DNA of 64,000 nucleotides, taken from positions 8,980 to 72,979 of IMG/VR virus record IMGVR_UViG_2974795854_000001, one strand, 5' to 3'. The translations under genes were made by a program, and so were the position numbers. Of this stretch, positions 33,971 through 43,859 are shown piece after piece; within the stretch, counting starts at the first letter, position 1; every line of letters starts with the position of its first letter. Source of the DNA: a virus (Duplodnaviria; Caudoviricetes). The notes below the pieces were generated by a model that saw only the letters and a list, made by a program, of their open reading frames with translations, made no database searches and was not told the origin of the DNA.

Positions 33971-34329
33971 GGGGGCGACTGGTTTTGACAGGGTATAACA
34001 GTCGTTAATGTTCAGCGCAGAGAGATAACTGCACAAACTAAGGTGAAATTCTTTAAACGGAAACAACACGAATGCGGTAAACGCACAGATCGAAGCTAAT
34101 ATGGAAGCGGTAAACGCTATCCTTAACCTTGAAGTAGCAGTAGGGGTATAAGCTGACCGTTTTATCTGTTTTCTCAAAACAGTTTGGTGGAGCTTCAATC
34201 ATAACTATGGTTGGCCCCTCTAGCATAAAGAGTCTAAAGAAATGCCGTGTGTAACGATACTACACAAAAGCTGTATAAAACATTGACGATTAAGTGCTCT
34301 GGACGAGGGTTCGATTCCCTCCGCCTCCA
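33971..34329 (+). ncRNA. ssrA: tmRNA
   Basis: 5' GGGGGCG-ACTGGTTTTGACAG, 3' GAGGG-TTCGATT-CCCTC-CGCCTCC-A, G3:U70. Putative tag ORF at 34059-34151. Confidence 0.93.
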
Positions 34330-34352
34330 CTAATAATCATAAAACAATAAAG

Positions 34353-34838
34353 ATGTCAAAAACTATTTACGAAAAAGATAGCAGGTTATACCATTTAGGT
34401 TATCCATTAGGGGCTGTACTTAGTGAATCTCTAAACACTCTTAAATCGATGGCTAAAATAGTAAATGCCGAGTTTAGTAAGAGCAAGTTAAATAGGATGA
34501 ACATATTCTGTATGGGATCTTCTGGGGCTATAACAGCCGCCATAATATTGAATGAAATATCTAAAGAAAATAATGATATCTATATCATACACGTAAAGAA
34601 AGACGGAGAAAAGTCTCACAGTAGTAGAGTAGACTGTAAAAACAATGCATTCAATATAATAGTAGATGATTTTGTAGAGTCCGGAAAGACTATAGAGAAA
34701 GTCTACAAGAATGCAATCAGAAGGTCTAATGTATCTAAGATAGATTTAGTAATCTTTAGCGGAGATGTTACACAAGACTTTGCAGATTGGATAGATTGGG
34801 ATAAACCATTAATTAGTAAAGTAATAAGCAAGTATTAA
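34353..34838 (+). CDS. type I phosphoribosyltransferase-like protein
   Basis: PRPP-binding motif IIVDDFVESGKT. Confidence 0.75.
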   Translation: MSKTIYEKDSRLYHLGYPLGAVLSESLNTLKSMAKIVNAEFSKSKLNRMNIFCMGSSGAITAAIILNEISKENNDIYIIHVKKDGEKSHSSRVDCKNNAFNIIVDDFVESGKTIEKVYKNAIRRSNVSKIDLVIFSGDVTQDFADWIDWDKPLISKVISKY

Positions 34839-34945
34839 TGAAGGCAAGCAAAGAAGACCGAAAGGTAGTGGCAGTAGTAACAATAATTAATATACTAGTG
34901 GTAGCAGTAATGTTCTACATAGTATCAAACCTTTAAAACAAAGAT

Positions 34946-35572
34946 ATGGAGATATCAGAAATAATTACAGCAGATTTAGAGTATCAAGATAATACGGTTC
35001 GGATGACCTGCTTACTAAATGCCGACGGAGGTACAATAGTATACAATCCGTTATCTAAATCTATTTATAAAAGGACTCAAACCTTAATTAGAAATAAGGA
35101 TAAGGAGTATTTAGCAAGTTTGAATGAAATACACGAAGCTCTTAACTTTATTAATAAGTATAAGGAAGGTGACTATATAACAGTTAGATATGAGAAGGGG
35201 GATAAGGAGGACTACTGGATGAACAGTACAGAGGAGAGGACTTTCCAAATAACCGGCCCAATAAGTGTATACAGAACCGGCTATATGTACAAGACCGCCT
35301 TTGGTGGAATTGATATAGACAAAAATGTCAGGCTTGCAACAATAGCGGAAAAAGAATCTGTTAATTCTTTGCCCAAGGTAAACGGATACAAAGGTACTAT
35401 CTCTCTTGATAGAAAAACTGTTGACTACGGGTGCGCTAAGATAAGTATAGACTTTTTTAAGAACCGTTTAAACAGGTACATCAAAGAGATGACATTGAGC
35501 AGCGGAGTGTTTATAAACAAGTATAATATGGACGCTATAAGAAATGCCTTAGAGAGAAAAGGGATTATATAA
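34946..35572 (+). CDS. hypothetical protein
   Basis: 208 aa ORF. Confidence 0.65.
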   Translation: MEISEIITADLEYQDNTVRMTCLLNADGGTIVYNPLSKSIYKRTQTLIRNKDKEYLASLNEIHEALNFINKYKEGDYITVRYEKGDKEDYWMNSTEERTFQITGPISVYRTGYMYKTAFGGIDIDKNVRLATIAEKESVNSLPKVNGYKGTISLDRKTVDYGCAKISIDFFKNRLNRYIKEMTLSSGVFINKYNMDAIRNALERKGII

Positions 35573-35635
35573 ACACTATCAAAATATTAACGTGTAAGGC
35601 AATATTGCAATCACGTAACTATAAACACAATTAAA

Positions 35636-36706
35636 TTGAGTAAAGAAAGATTAGAAGAGGTAATGGCTATTCAGTCAGAGTCCTACGAAACACAAAACAT
35701 GATAGACTTTATCTCAAACGAGTTTGAAGCTATCTCAGCAGACGATCCTGACAATTACTGTATTGTAATTGAGGACGAGAACATTTACATAACTAAAGGT
35801 TATGCAGACACTTATCCATGCGTTGTAGCCCACACGGATACAGTACACGAAATACAGTCTGATATGACAGTATTCGACGACGGTATAACAATGTTCGCAA
35901 TGAACATGAGAAAGGGCTTGCAAATGGGTATAGGAGGAGATGACAAGGTTGGTATTTATATAGCCTTAGAAGCCTTAAGAAACAATGACTACATGAAGGT
36001 AGCCTTCTTTAGAGATGAAGAAATGGGGTGTCTAGGTTCAATGGATGCGGACATGAAGTTCTTTAAAGATGTAGAGTTTGTTCTACAATGTGATAGGCAG
36101 GGATATAAAGACTTCGTAACAGAGATATACGGAGTAGTTCTATTAGACGAGGCATTCTCCAACGCAGTTTCAGGCATACTTGAAAAGTACGGAAAAATAG
36201 AGACTACAAAAGGAGGTATGACAGATGTATACCAACTATGCCTAAACGGTTTAGAGGTTTGCTCTGCAAATATATCATGTGGGTACTATAGGCCACATTG
36301 TGATGATGAGGTTATTATAATAGAGGATGTATTTAGGACTAGAGATTTAGTAGACGAAATAATAAAGTCTCTCTCTGGAACAGTTTGGAGAAACTCTCTA
36401 AAGAGTAAATCTAGATACCCTAAATCTTACAGAGAAGAAGAGTTACCGGAGAAGTTTGATAATGGGTACTTTAATAAGAAAGGTAATTGGGTAGAGTTTA
36501 GCAGTAGTAAATCTTCTGAAAAAGAGTATCCCAGTAGTAGCCAAGAAGAGAATCCATTTAACTCAAACGGAGAGCCTATAGGTCTAATGTGCCTTTGCGA
36601 ACAATGCGACGGAATTGACCTAATGTACGATGCAAACGAAGACGCTGATTGGTGCTTCTCATGCGGAGAGTATACAAATAAGTATAACAATTTCCAAGAA
36701 AGATAA
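35636..36706 (+). CDS. M28/M20-family zinc peptidase with C-terminal Cys cluster
   Basis: AHTDTVH, GGDDKVG, DEEMG, QCDR and GYYRPH motifs. C-terminal CxxC...CxxC. TTG start. Confidence 0.8.
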   Translation: MSKERLEEVMAIQSESYETQNMIDFISNEFEAISADDPDNYCIVIEDENIYITKGYADTYPCVVAHTDTVHEIQSDMTVFDDGITMFAMNMRKGLQMGIGGDDKVGIYIALEALRNNDYMKVAFFRDEEMGCLGSMDADMKFFKDVEFVLQCDRQGYKDFVTEIYGVVLLDEAFSNAVSGILEKYGKIETTKGGMTDVYQLCLNGLEVCSANISCGYYRPHCDDEVIIIEDVFRTRDLVDEIIKSLSGTVWRNSLKSKSRYPKSYREEELPEKFDNGYFNKKGNWVEFSSSKSSEKEYPSSSQEENPFNSNGEPIGLMCLCEQCDGIDLMYDANEDADWCFSCGEYTNKYNNFQER

Positions 36707-36738
36707 AAAACACTATCAAATCAAAAAAAAGAAGTATA

Positions 36739-38064
36739 ATGAGTATAGATAAAAAATACATAGCTAGAGATTTTATGATTGAGCTTATGTCTCACCACGG
36801 AAATCCAAAAGTAGGTAAGTTAGTAGAGCACTTGGTTGACATATACCACCAAGAAGCACCGGACGATGTTGACGGGATAAAGTGTATAGATATAGATGCA
36901 ATGGGAGTTATGAGATTCCTACCCAAAGGCAAAGAAGTTAAGTTAATTGCAGGAGGGGCGGCCTACTCAAACGAGGATAGGCAAGAAGGTAGGTATGGTA
37001 AAATCTTATCTAAGATAATGAAAGAGAGAGGTAAGGAAGGCCTTTTAGTACTTAGCGAGTTAGAGGCTCTAGTAAACTTAATTAAGGCTAAGTATAAATT
37101 AGAAGGTTCTTTTAAAGTCTTATCAGGAGAGGATATAAGATGGGCATACTTAGAAGATAACTACGACGAGTCTGGATTTAATACAGGTACTCTAGAAAGC
37201 TCTTGTATGAGGTATGAATATTGCCAAGATGCCTGTAGTATATACGTAGACAACTCAGATCATTGTAGTATATTAGTCCTATTGAGTGACGATAATAAGG
37301 TGAGAGGTAGAGCCTTGGTTTGGGAATGTTCAGAGGGTCGTACTTGGCTAGATAGAATCTATGCAAATGACCATATAACAGAGGCCTTTAAGATATACGC
37401 TAAAGGCAAAGGTTGGAGTCACAAAGAGTACCAAAACCGTGGAACAAATAACTCTTGGGTGAATCCTGACGGTTCTGTTACACAAGATGAGGTTACTATA
37501 CCATTAAGTGAAGTATCTTACTCAGTGTACCCTTACATGGACACGTTCTCTTATGTATATACAGACGGGGCTAAGAACTTCTCTTCCATTTTTGCAAGCT
37601 CAATATTTTTCGCACAAGAAGAGCCGGATCAACAAATGGGACAAGTTTGGGATGACATCGACGAGTGCAATATAAGCGAGGAAGATGCAATATACTTAGA
37701 TTACAGAGAAATATACACCCATGTTTATAATTGTTCAGAGGTAGGTGGTGAATACTACTTAAGCGAGGATGTTGTGTCAATAACTAGGACAGGGACAATG
37801 TACGCAAAAAACTATTATAAAGATGACGACGAGATAGCCTTCTGCGAACATAGGTTAGAGTACGTCCACTTAGATGACTACTCTGTTTGTGAGTGGAGCG
37901 AAACACTTAAACCTAACGACGAAATAGAGTACTTAGAAGACTTAGACGTTAACGTACATACAAAATACATAGACGAAGTTTACGAAGATAGGGGTTGGTT
38001 TAAAAACTCCGACGGAGATTGGGTAGAAGAGTTAGAGGAAGACGAAGTAGAAGAAGAAGCATAA
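36739..38064 (+). CDS. conserved acidic phage protein, function unknown
   Basis: 441 aa with SCMRY and RGRALVW...WLDRIY motifs typical of proteins found beside phage M28 peptidases. Confidence 0.6.
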   Translation: MSIDKKYIARDFMIELMSHHGNPKVGKLVEHLVDIYHQEAPDDVDGIKCIDIDAMGVMRFLPKGKEVKLIAGGAAYSNEDRQEGRYGKILSKIMKERGKEGLLVLSELEALVNLIKAKYKLEGSFKVLSGEDIRWAYLEDNYDESGFNTGTLESSCMRYEYCQDACSIYVDNSDHCSILVLLSDDNKVRGRALVWECSEGRTWLDRIYANDHITEAFKIYAKGKGWSHKEYQNRGTNNSWVNPDGSVTQDEVTIPLSEVSYSVYPYMDTFSYVYTDGAKNFSSIFASSIFFAQEEPDQQMGQVWDDIDECNISEEDAIYLDYREIYTHVYNCSEVGGEYYLSEDVVSITRTGTMYAKNYYKDDDEIAFCEHRLEYVHLDDYSVCEWSETLKPNDEIEYLEDLDVNVHTKYIDEVYEDRGWFKNSDGDWVEELEEDEVEEEA

Positions 38065-38088
38065 TAAAATAATAACTAAAACAAATAT

Positions 38089-38361
38089 ATGTATACAGAA
38101 AAGTTCGAGGATGTCATTTTAAAAGACATACACAAGTTAGACAGTACAGGAAACCATTTCGTAAATGGCAAATTAGTTAACCCTTTATTCCACAAAGGTG
38201 GAGACATTGGTAGTACCTTTGACGATACCGGATTAATACCCTTCCATATCTCAAAAGAGGTGGTGGTTACGGGTAGGATAACGAAGTTTGAATACTTCGA
38301 TCACGACGCTAGAGAGATGGTCTACGTAGACCTAAAAAACACTATCAATGGTAGCAACTAG
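38089..38361 (+). CDS. hypothetical protein
   Basis: 90 aa ORF. Confidence 0.6.
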   Translation: MYTEKFEDVILKDIHKLDSTGNHFVNGKLVNPLFHKGGDIGSTFDDTGLIPFHISKEVVVTGRITKFEYFDHDAREMVYVDLKNTINGSN

Positions 38362-38523
38362 TGTAGAGGAGAAAGTAGCTGTCATACAGATTTATATACA
38401 CCACAAAGTTGATAAAGAGGTGAATATAAAGCCAGTGCTTCCTAAAGAGGCCCCCTTATTAGAGGTGGCCTACAGGATAGCTAAACAATGGGTAAGGGAA
38501 AATATAATAATTAAATAAAAGTT

Positions 38524-38910
38524 ATGAAATTAGAGCTATACATGTTCTCAGTAATATACTCAAAATACGACACAGAATTTAAGGATTTTAGTCCGGAGTA
38601 TCAGTATACTATTGTACATAAGGTGTACGACTTGTTCAAAAGTAGTGAATACTTTCCTAAGGGCACAGAACACACCTCTATTAGCTCTAATATTGTATCT
38701 TGGATAGATTCCCTAGATTGGAGACAAACTATAGAGTGTGAGTGCGGAAATTGGGAAGAGTTTTCAGTAGATGAGTCTAGATGCAATTCTAAAAGTTTTA
38801 AATGGATAAAAGATTGCGCTATAGACCCAACTGCTTACTATTCATGCCATTGCTGTAGTCAATCTGTTAAAAGTACGGTAAGACCTAATGAAGTAGAGTA
38901 CAATGGATAA
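38524..38910 (+). CDS. hypothetical protein with Cys motifs
   Basis: 128 aa with CECG and CHCC motifs. Confidence 0.55.
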   Translation: MKLELYMFSVIYSKYDTEFKDFSPEYQYTIVHKVYDLFKSSEYFPKGTEHTSISSNIVSWIDSLDWRQTIECECGNWEEFSVDESRCNSKSFKWIKDCAIDPTAYYSCHCCSQSVKSTVRPNEVEYNG

Positions 38911-39439
38911 CGAACTTAAGATAGAGCTAAACTCCATAAAGGACTACGTTAAAAAGGCGACTGGTCAAGATATATCAACAAGGAGTAGAACTAGAAAAGT
39001 GGCTTTTTTAGAGGCACTAACTATGTACTACATATTATCTTGCAACTACACCAAAGCTTCTCACGCAGAGATGGGAATGATTGCGGACGGTAGAGATAGA
39101 GTATCTGTTTCAAAGATGCTACAAAGAAGGGAAGAGAAGGTGCTATATAAGTACGATAGGGTTATAAAATCCTTCAATCCATTCTCTATGAAAATAAGTA
39201 AATCTAACTCCTTTTTAAGCGAGTCTATGAGGTCTTTATACGAAGCTAGGGATAAGCTAGACAAAGAGATTAACGGATTAGAAGACACCGTGAGATTAGA
39301 GACAGACTACATATTAAGGCAGGTTAGAAACGAAAAAGTATTCAATATTCTAATGCAGTTAAAAGGACTGAACTCGGAGCAATTAAGCATCATAGAAGAC
39401 AGGCTTAAACCAATCATTAGGATGTTGCCTAAAAAATAA
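38903..39439 (+). CDS. DnaA C-terminal-like HTH protein
   Basis: DISTRSRTRKVAF...SHAEMG...RDRVSV resembles the DnaA domain IV pattern. Confidence 0.45.
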   Translation: MDNELKIELNSIKDYVKKATGQDISTRSRTRKVAFLEALTMYYILSCNYTKASHAEMGMIADGRDRVSVSKMLQRREEKVLYKYDRVIKSFNPFSMKISKSNSFLSESMRSLYEARDKLDKEINGLEDTVRLETDYILRQVRNEKVFNILMQLKGLNSEQLSIIEDRLKPIIRMLPKK

Positions 39440-39451
39440 AAGTAATAAATT

Positions 39452-39883
39452 ATGCGATTATTCATATTATTATCCGTAGTTTTGTTCAGCGTTGAGTCTC
39501 AGGCAGCGGATTTAGACAAGATAATAGAGGCTTTAAAGTATATCGAATCCAACAATAACCCAGATGCAATAGGCGACAATGGGAAATCATTCGGGATACT
39601 ACAAATACAAAAGGCTTGTGTTAAAGACGTAAACAGGAGGTTCGGAACATCATACAGGCATAAGGATATGTTTAACGTAGAGTGTGCCGAAGAAGTGTTC
39701 AAGTTATATGCCACCATTGGTATAGAGAGATACCTAAAGAGGTACGGTAAAAGTCCTACGGCAGAGGTTATAGTAAGAAACCATAACGGAGGTGTGTACC
39801 AAGGCTATAAAATAGAGGCCACTAAAGGGTATTACAGGAAATACAAAAAAGTAAGAGAAAAACTAGACAGTAGAATCAATTAA
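39452..39883 (+). CDS. secreted lysozyme-like protein (i-type/destabilase or SLT-like)
   Basis: Signal peptide, IESNNNPDAIGDNG.SFGILQI, RNHNGG. Confidence 0.7.
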   Translation: MRLFILLSVVLFSVESQAADLDKIIEALKYIESNNNPDAIGDNGKSFGILQIQKACVKDVNRRFGTSYRHKDMFNVECAEEVFKLYATIGIERYLKRYGKSPTAEVIVRNHNGGVYQGYKIEATKGYYRKYKKVREKLDSRIN

Positions 39884-39897
39884 TTAAATTTAAAATT

Positions 39898-40305
39898 ATG
39901 GCAAAAATTAAAGTAGACAAGACGAAAACACCAACTATCTTAGAACACCTAGGATACACGGACGAGGAGGCAGTTGAGGTATTAACTAGATCTCAGAAGT
40001 TCATAGCAAGTAAGATAGACATCTTGCTTCAAGACACAAGCAACTTAGATACGACAGATATCTTCAACGACTTCCACTTAGACTTCGATGAAAAAGAGAG
40101 AGATTTAGTCTTGTGCCAGTTATTAGCATCTATGACAGAGCAGGGTTTGATGGCCGCTGCAAGAGAGAAAGAGATTATGGGAGCTATGCAGCTACTAGTT
40201 GGAGACGAGGTTGTAGACATAGACGCCAATGGAGGGGTAAGCTTCGTATCGCCTTCAAAAAAAGGTTGTGATAAAGGAGATTGTGACGACTGCGGTTGTG
40301 ACTAA
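39898..40305 (+). CDS. hypothetical protein
   Basis: 135 aa, acidic, Cys-rich C-terminus. Confidence 0.6.
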   Translation: MAKIKVDKTKTPTILEHLGYTDEEAVEVLTRSQKFIASKIDILLQDTSNLDTTDIFNDFHLDFDEKERDLVLCQLLASMTEQGLMAAAREKEIMGAMQLLVGDEVVDIDANGGVSFVSPSKKGCDKGDCDDCGCD

Positions 40306-40315
40306 TTAAAAAGAC

Positions 40316-40456
40316 TTCCTTAGAAGACAGATGGTTATAGTCTATGATTAAGGCCGAAGTACAAGGCTTTATAGAAATGTAAACTGAGCCTGCTTATAAC
40401 GAGATATATAGTTATGAGTAGGCTTTTACACGGAGGTTCGAATCCTCCCTAAGGAA
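40316..40456 (+). ncRNA. ~140-nt tRNA-like RNA directly upstream of rtcB
   Basis: Acceptor TTCCTTAG/CTAAGGAA, D-arm AGAC-agatggttata-GTCT, T-arm GGAGG-TTCGAAT-CCTCC, and two hairpins in place of the anticodon and variable arms. Confidence 0.7.
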
Positions 40457-40483
40457 CAATATAAATCAATTAAATCAATAAGA

Positions 40484-41887
40484 ATGGTAACAGGAAACAC
40501 TCTGATTAAATTAGGGTACAAGCCAAGTAAATGGTTTGGAGAAGCTATTGACGAGCTTAATGCCCAAGAGAAACAATTTCTAAAAATATTAGGCAGAAAG
40601 TTAACGGATGACGAAATAATATTTTCGTGTAATAAGTACTTACCTCCCCCAACTATAGGACTACATAAAGATCCTGTGAGTTACACTATCAACATTTTAC
40701 CAACCAACGAAAAGGAGCGAAACAATGTAGATTTAGTAAAGATGTCCATGGACAGCTTGATGAAGACTCCTACAATTGTAGACGGAACTATAATGCCGGA
40801 TGCATGCCCCACGGGGAAGTTAGGGCAGATACCAGTAGGTTCTGTAGTAGTAACTAAGAACGCAATCCACCCCGGTTTTCATTCAGCAGATATTTGCTGC
40901 TCTGTGTACGCCACGGAGTTTGCCGAAGGAGTTAAACCAAAGGATGTCATGGATATTGCATTTGAGACGACTCAATTTGGCCCCGGAGGTAGGAGAGGAT
41001 TAGGAGGTTGGTCATCTATATTAGATGGAGAGTCTCTACTTACAAGTAGAATAGAAGAAAACTACTTCACTAAAGATTACATAGAGAAGGCTAGGATGCA
41101 CATGGGAACACAAGGAGATGGTAACCATTTCTTATTCGTAGGAGTGTCAGAAGCTACCGGAAGAACGATGATGGTAACGCACCATGGGTCTAGAGGATTC
41201 GGTTCTAGTGTCTATAAAAAAGGGATGCATACTGCAGAGAGATTTAGAAAGCAATTAAGCCCTAAAACAGCCCCGATGAATGCTTGGATACCTTTTGAAG
41301 AAAAGGAGGGAGAATTGTACTGGGAGGCCTTGCAGATACTAAGAGACTGGACTAAATTAAACCACTCTTCTATACACAATAGGGTAGCAAACAAATTGAA
41401 GACTACTCCAATAAGATCTTTTTGGAATGAGCACAATTTTGTATTCAAGGACGGAGATAAGTTCTACCATGCCAAAGGCGCAACTCCTTTAGATGACAAG
41501 TTTGTACCGGATTCTACGGAGGGCCTAAGGCTAATACCTTTAAACATGGCAGAGCCTATACTAGTAGTAAAAGGAAAAACTACAAGAACTAACTTAGGAT
41601 TTGCTCCACACGGTGCAGGTAGAAATGTAAGTAGGGCAGCACATAAGAGAAGTTTATCAGCCAAGAGCAACCCTCAGATATTCAAAGACGAGACTGCAGG
41701 CCTAGACATAAGATTCTTCTCAGGAGAGATAGATATCTCTGAGTTGCCATCCGCTTATAAGAACGCAGATACAGTACAAGACCAAATGGAGAGTTTTGGA
41801 CTAGGAGACGTATTAGATAAGATAATGCCTTACGGAAGTATAATGGCAGGTGATTACGACAGATTTAAACCTTGGAAAAAGAAATAA
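40484..41887 (+). CDS. rtcB: RtcB-family RNA ligase
   Basis: MPDACP, SADICCS, GTQGDGNHF, THHGSRG, HAKGATP and PHGAGR motifs. Confidence 0.92.
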   Translation: MVTGNTLIKLGYKPSKWFGEAIDELNAQEKQFLKILGRKLTDDEIIFSCNKYLPPPTIGLHKDPVSYTINILPTNEKERNNVDLVKMSMDSLMKTPTIVDGTIMPDACPTGKLGQIPVGSVVVTKNAIHPGFHSADICCSVYATEFAEGVKPKDVMDIAFETTQFGPGGRRGLGGWSSILDGESLLTSRIEENYFTKDYIEKARMHMGTQGDGNHFLFVGVSEATGRTMMVTHHGSRGFGSSVYKKGMHTAERFRKQLSPKTAPMNAWIPFEEKEGELYWEALQILRDWTKLNHSSIHNRVANKLKTTPIRSFWNEHNFVFKDGDKFYHAKGATPLDDKFVPDSTEGLRLIPLNMAEPILVVKGKTTRTNLGFAPHGAGRNVSRAAHKRSLSAKSNPQIFKDETAGLDIRFFSGEIDISELPSAYKNADTVQDQMESFGLGDVLDKIMPYGSIMAGDYDRFKPWKKK

Positions 41888-41902
41888 TAAAACACTATCA
41901 AC

Positions 41903-42640
41903 ATGAAACAAATAATAAAAAAAGCGAGTAGATTAGCATCATTTTTAGCAAGAGGTAGGTCAGGAGGACTAACATCGGAGGACAGTAAGAAGTTTATGGA
42001 GTCTCTTTTAAGGGATTACTCAGATGCATTAGACAAAGACCCTGATAAATTGACAGAAGCTATAGGTAAATTAATGGCGTTCTCTATCACCATGGCATGC
42101 TCTAAAAACTTAGACGATAGAATAATGGTTTTAATAGAAGAGTCTCAAGATTCTTTAGAGAGTATGATGCACAGAGGTTCAATCTTAAGGTCAGAAGACA
42201 ACGGGCTATTGAGAGGCGTAGATTATATGCCTTTAAATATGCTTAAGGTAAACAACAGGATTAGTGGGTCGGAAGTAGATACGTATATAAAAAAGGTGTT
42301 TGGGGATGCAAAAGTAGTAAACTGCATGCTTAACTCTATACCTGTCACCCTAAACGACGATAATGTAGTAAAAGGATCGTCAGGATATTGGTCTCAATCG
42401 AAGATAGGTGTTTTAAGAGCTAAGTTAATGACTAAAGAAGGCACTATGGCCGAGGTTATCGAGTTCAAAGATAATAAAGACCCTTATATTTCAATCTTAC
42501 TAGATAGGGAATTAATCTCTAGGAGTGAGTCTCAAAGATACCTTGAAGGAGACCTAGAGACTATAAACTCTTTAAAGGGTATCAGAAGAGCAGTAAAAGA
42601 AGAAATATACAAAGCGGCATATAGCTACTATAATCTTTAA
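41903..42640 (+). CDS. hypothetical protein
   Basis: 245 aa ORF. Confidence 0.65.
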   Translation: MKQIIKKASRLASFLARGRSGGLTSEDSKKFMESLLRDYSDALDKDPDKLTEAIGKLMAFSITMACSKNLDDRIMVLIEESQDSLESMMHRGSILRSEDNGLLRGVDYMPLNMLKVNNRISGSEVDTYIKKVFGDAKVVNCMLNSIPVTLNDDNVVKGSSGYWSQSKIGVLRAKLMTKEGTMAEVIEFKDNKDPYISILLDRELISRSESQRYLEGDLETINSLKGIRRAVKEEIYKAAYSYYNL

Positions 42641-42827
42641 ATTAAATGAACGGAAGTAAATATATAAGCAGCTATAGATGGTTTGCATGGCACCCAGTTA
42701 GGTGCATTGAAGGTAAGTGGCACTGGCTAAAGATGATTACTAAAGAGGTCGATGAACGGCCTGTAGTCTATCTTGGCCTTTTGCCAGATATTAAATACAT
42801 AGATTTTTAAAAATTAAACCTGATAAC

Positions 42828-43451
42828 ATGGAGTATAGAAAGGGAAAAGTAGTAATGCTACCGACAGAAGGAAAGTCACAAATTGTAGCACATATGAACA
42901 GTAAGAATTTATACTACTATGATAATGTTAGAGAAGCAAATGAAAAGAGGCAGTATACAAATCAAGACCTCTACATAACTGTAGATGAGGAGATTAAAGA
43001 AGGCTCTAGTGTACTCTATAATAAGACAGAGGTACTTCAAGTACAAATGGTAACTAAAGAGTCCTACCATTTTACAAATGGAGAATACGAAATGAAAACT
43101 AATATATTTTCATTAGATAAAATAATATCGTCAACAAATAAATCATTAGGTTTACCCTCGACACCACAGTCATTCGTCAAGGATTATTGTAAGATTGGCG
43201 GTATTGATGAGGTGTTGGTAGAGTACGAAAACTTCTGTACTAGCGAAGTAAATCAACACCCTAATCCTAAACTTAGGCAAAGGGTTGTGTGCCACAATTG
43301 CAGTGAGGATTGCAATTTAATACTTAACATAGATCCGGTACACAACACTATCACAATATTAGAAGTAAAACAATCCTACTCTATTCAAGAAGTCCTTGAC
43401 TTAATTGAACTGCACGGAGAGGGAAAAATAAGACAGTTATATGGAAGATAA
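42828..43451 (+). CDS. hypothetical protein
   Basis: 207 aa ORF. Confidence 0.65.
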   Translation: MEYRKGKVVMLPTEGKSQIVAHMNSKNLYYYDNVREANEKRQYTNQDLYITVDEEIKEGSSVLYNKTEVLQVQMVTKESYHFTNGEYEMKTNIFSLDKIISSTNKSLGLPSTPQSFVKDYCKIGGIDEVLVEYENFCTSEVNQHPNPKLRQRVVCHNCSEDCNLILNIDPVHNTITILEVKQSYSIQEVLDLIELHGEGKIRQLYGR

Positions 43452-43848
43452 TTTAGATTCAGAGTTAGCAAAATTAGTAAAGAAAGGTATAGAGGTGGCG
43501 GAGTCTACAGGTGACTTTGTAATAGAGCAGGCACCAATCCTGTTGCAAGAGTTTTATAGGTGGCATATAGCCTCGGAATCTTTAGGGATAGCTTTTTCAT
43601 TCTTATACCTTTTCATAGCATACAAGATATTTATTTTATTAGGAAGGAAGGAGAAGTCTAGTCGATACAACAGCCTAATTGTGGGAAGGTATTATGAAAA
43701 GGAAGGCCCTATGTTTACCCTCCTTTGTATTTTTACAACAATTGTAGCGACTACATCACTTTACAGTTTAGTTGACGGATTGTACAACCTTTTAAAGGTT
43801 ATAATTGCACCAAGACTCTATCTAATAGAGTACTTTATTAACCAATAA
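43441..43848 (+). CDS. membrane protein
   Basis: Two TM segments, C-terminal IAPRLYLIEY. Confidence 0.65.
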   Translation: MEDNLDSELAKLVKKGIEVAESTGDFVIEQAPILLQEFYRWHIASESLGIAFSFLYLFIAYKIFILLGRKEKSSRYNSLIVGRYYEKEGPMFTLLCIFTTIVATTSLYSLVDGLYNLLKVIIAPRLYLIEYFINQ

Positions 43849-43859
43849 AACAACGAGGT

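Noticed and set aside
33914-34198. 94-aa minus-strand ORF
   Set aside because: It is antisense to the tmRNA, which explains the sequence.
43344-43353. AACACTATCA copy inside ORF 42828..43451
   Set aside because: It is intragenic, lacks the final A and is far from a junction. Probably coincidental, so it was not counted.
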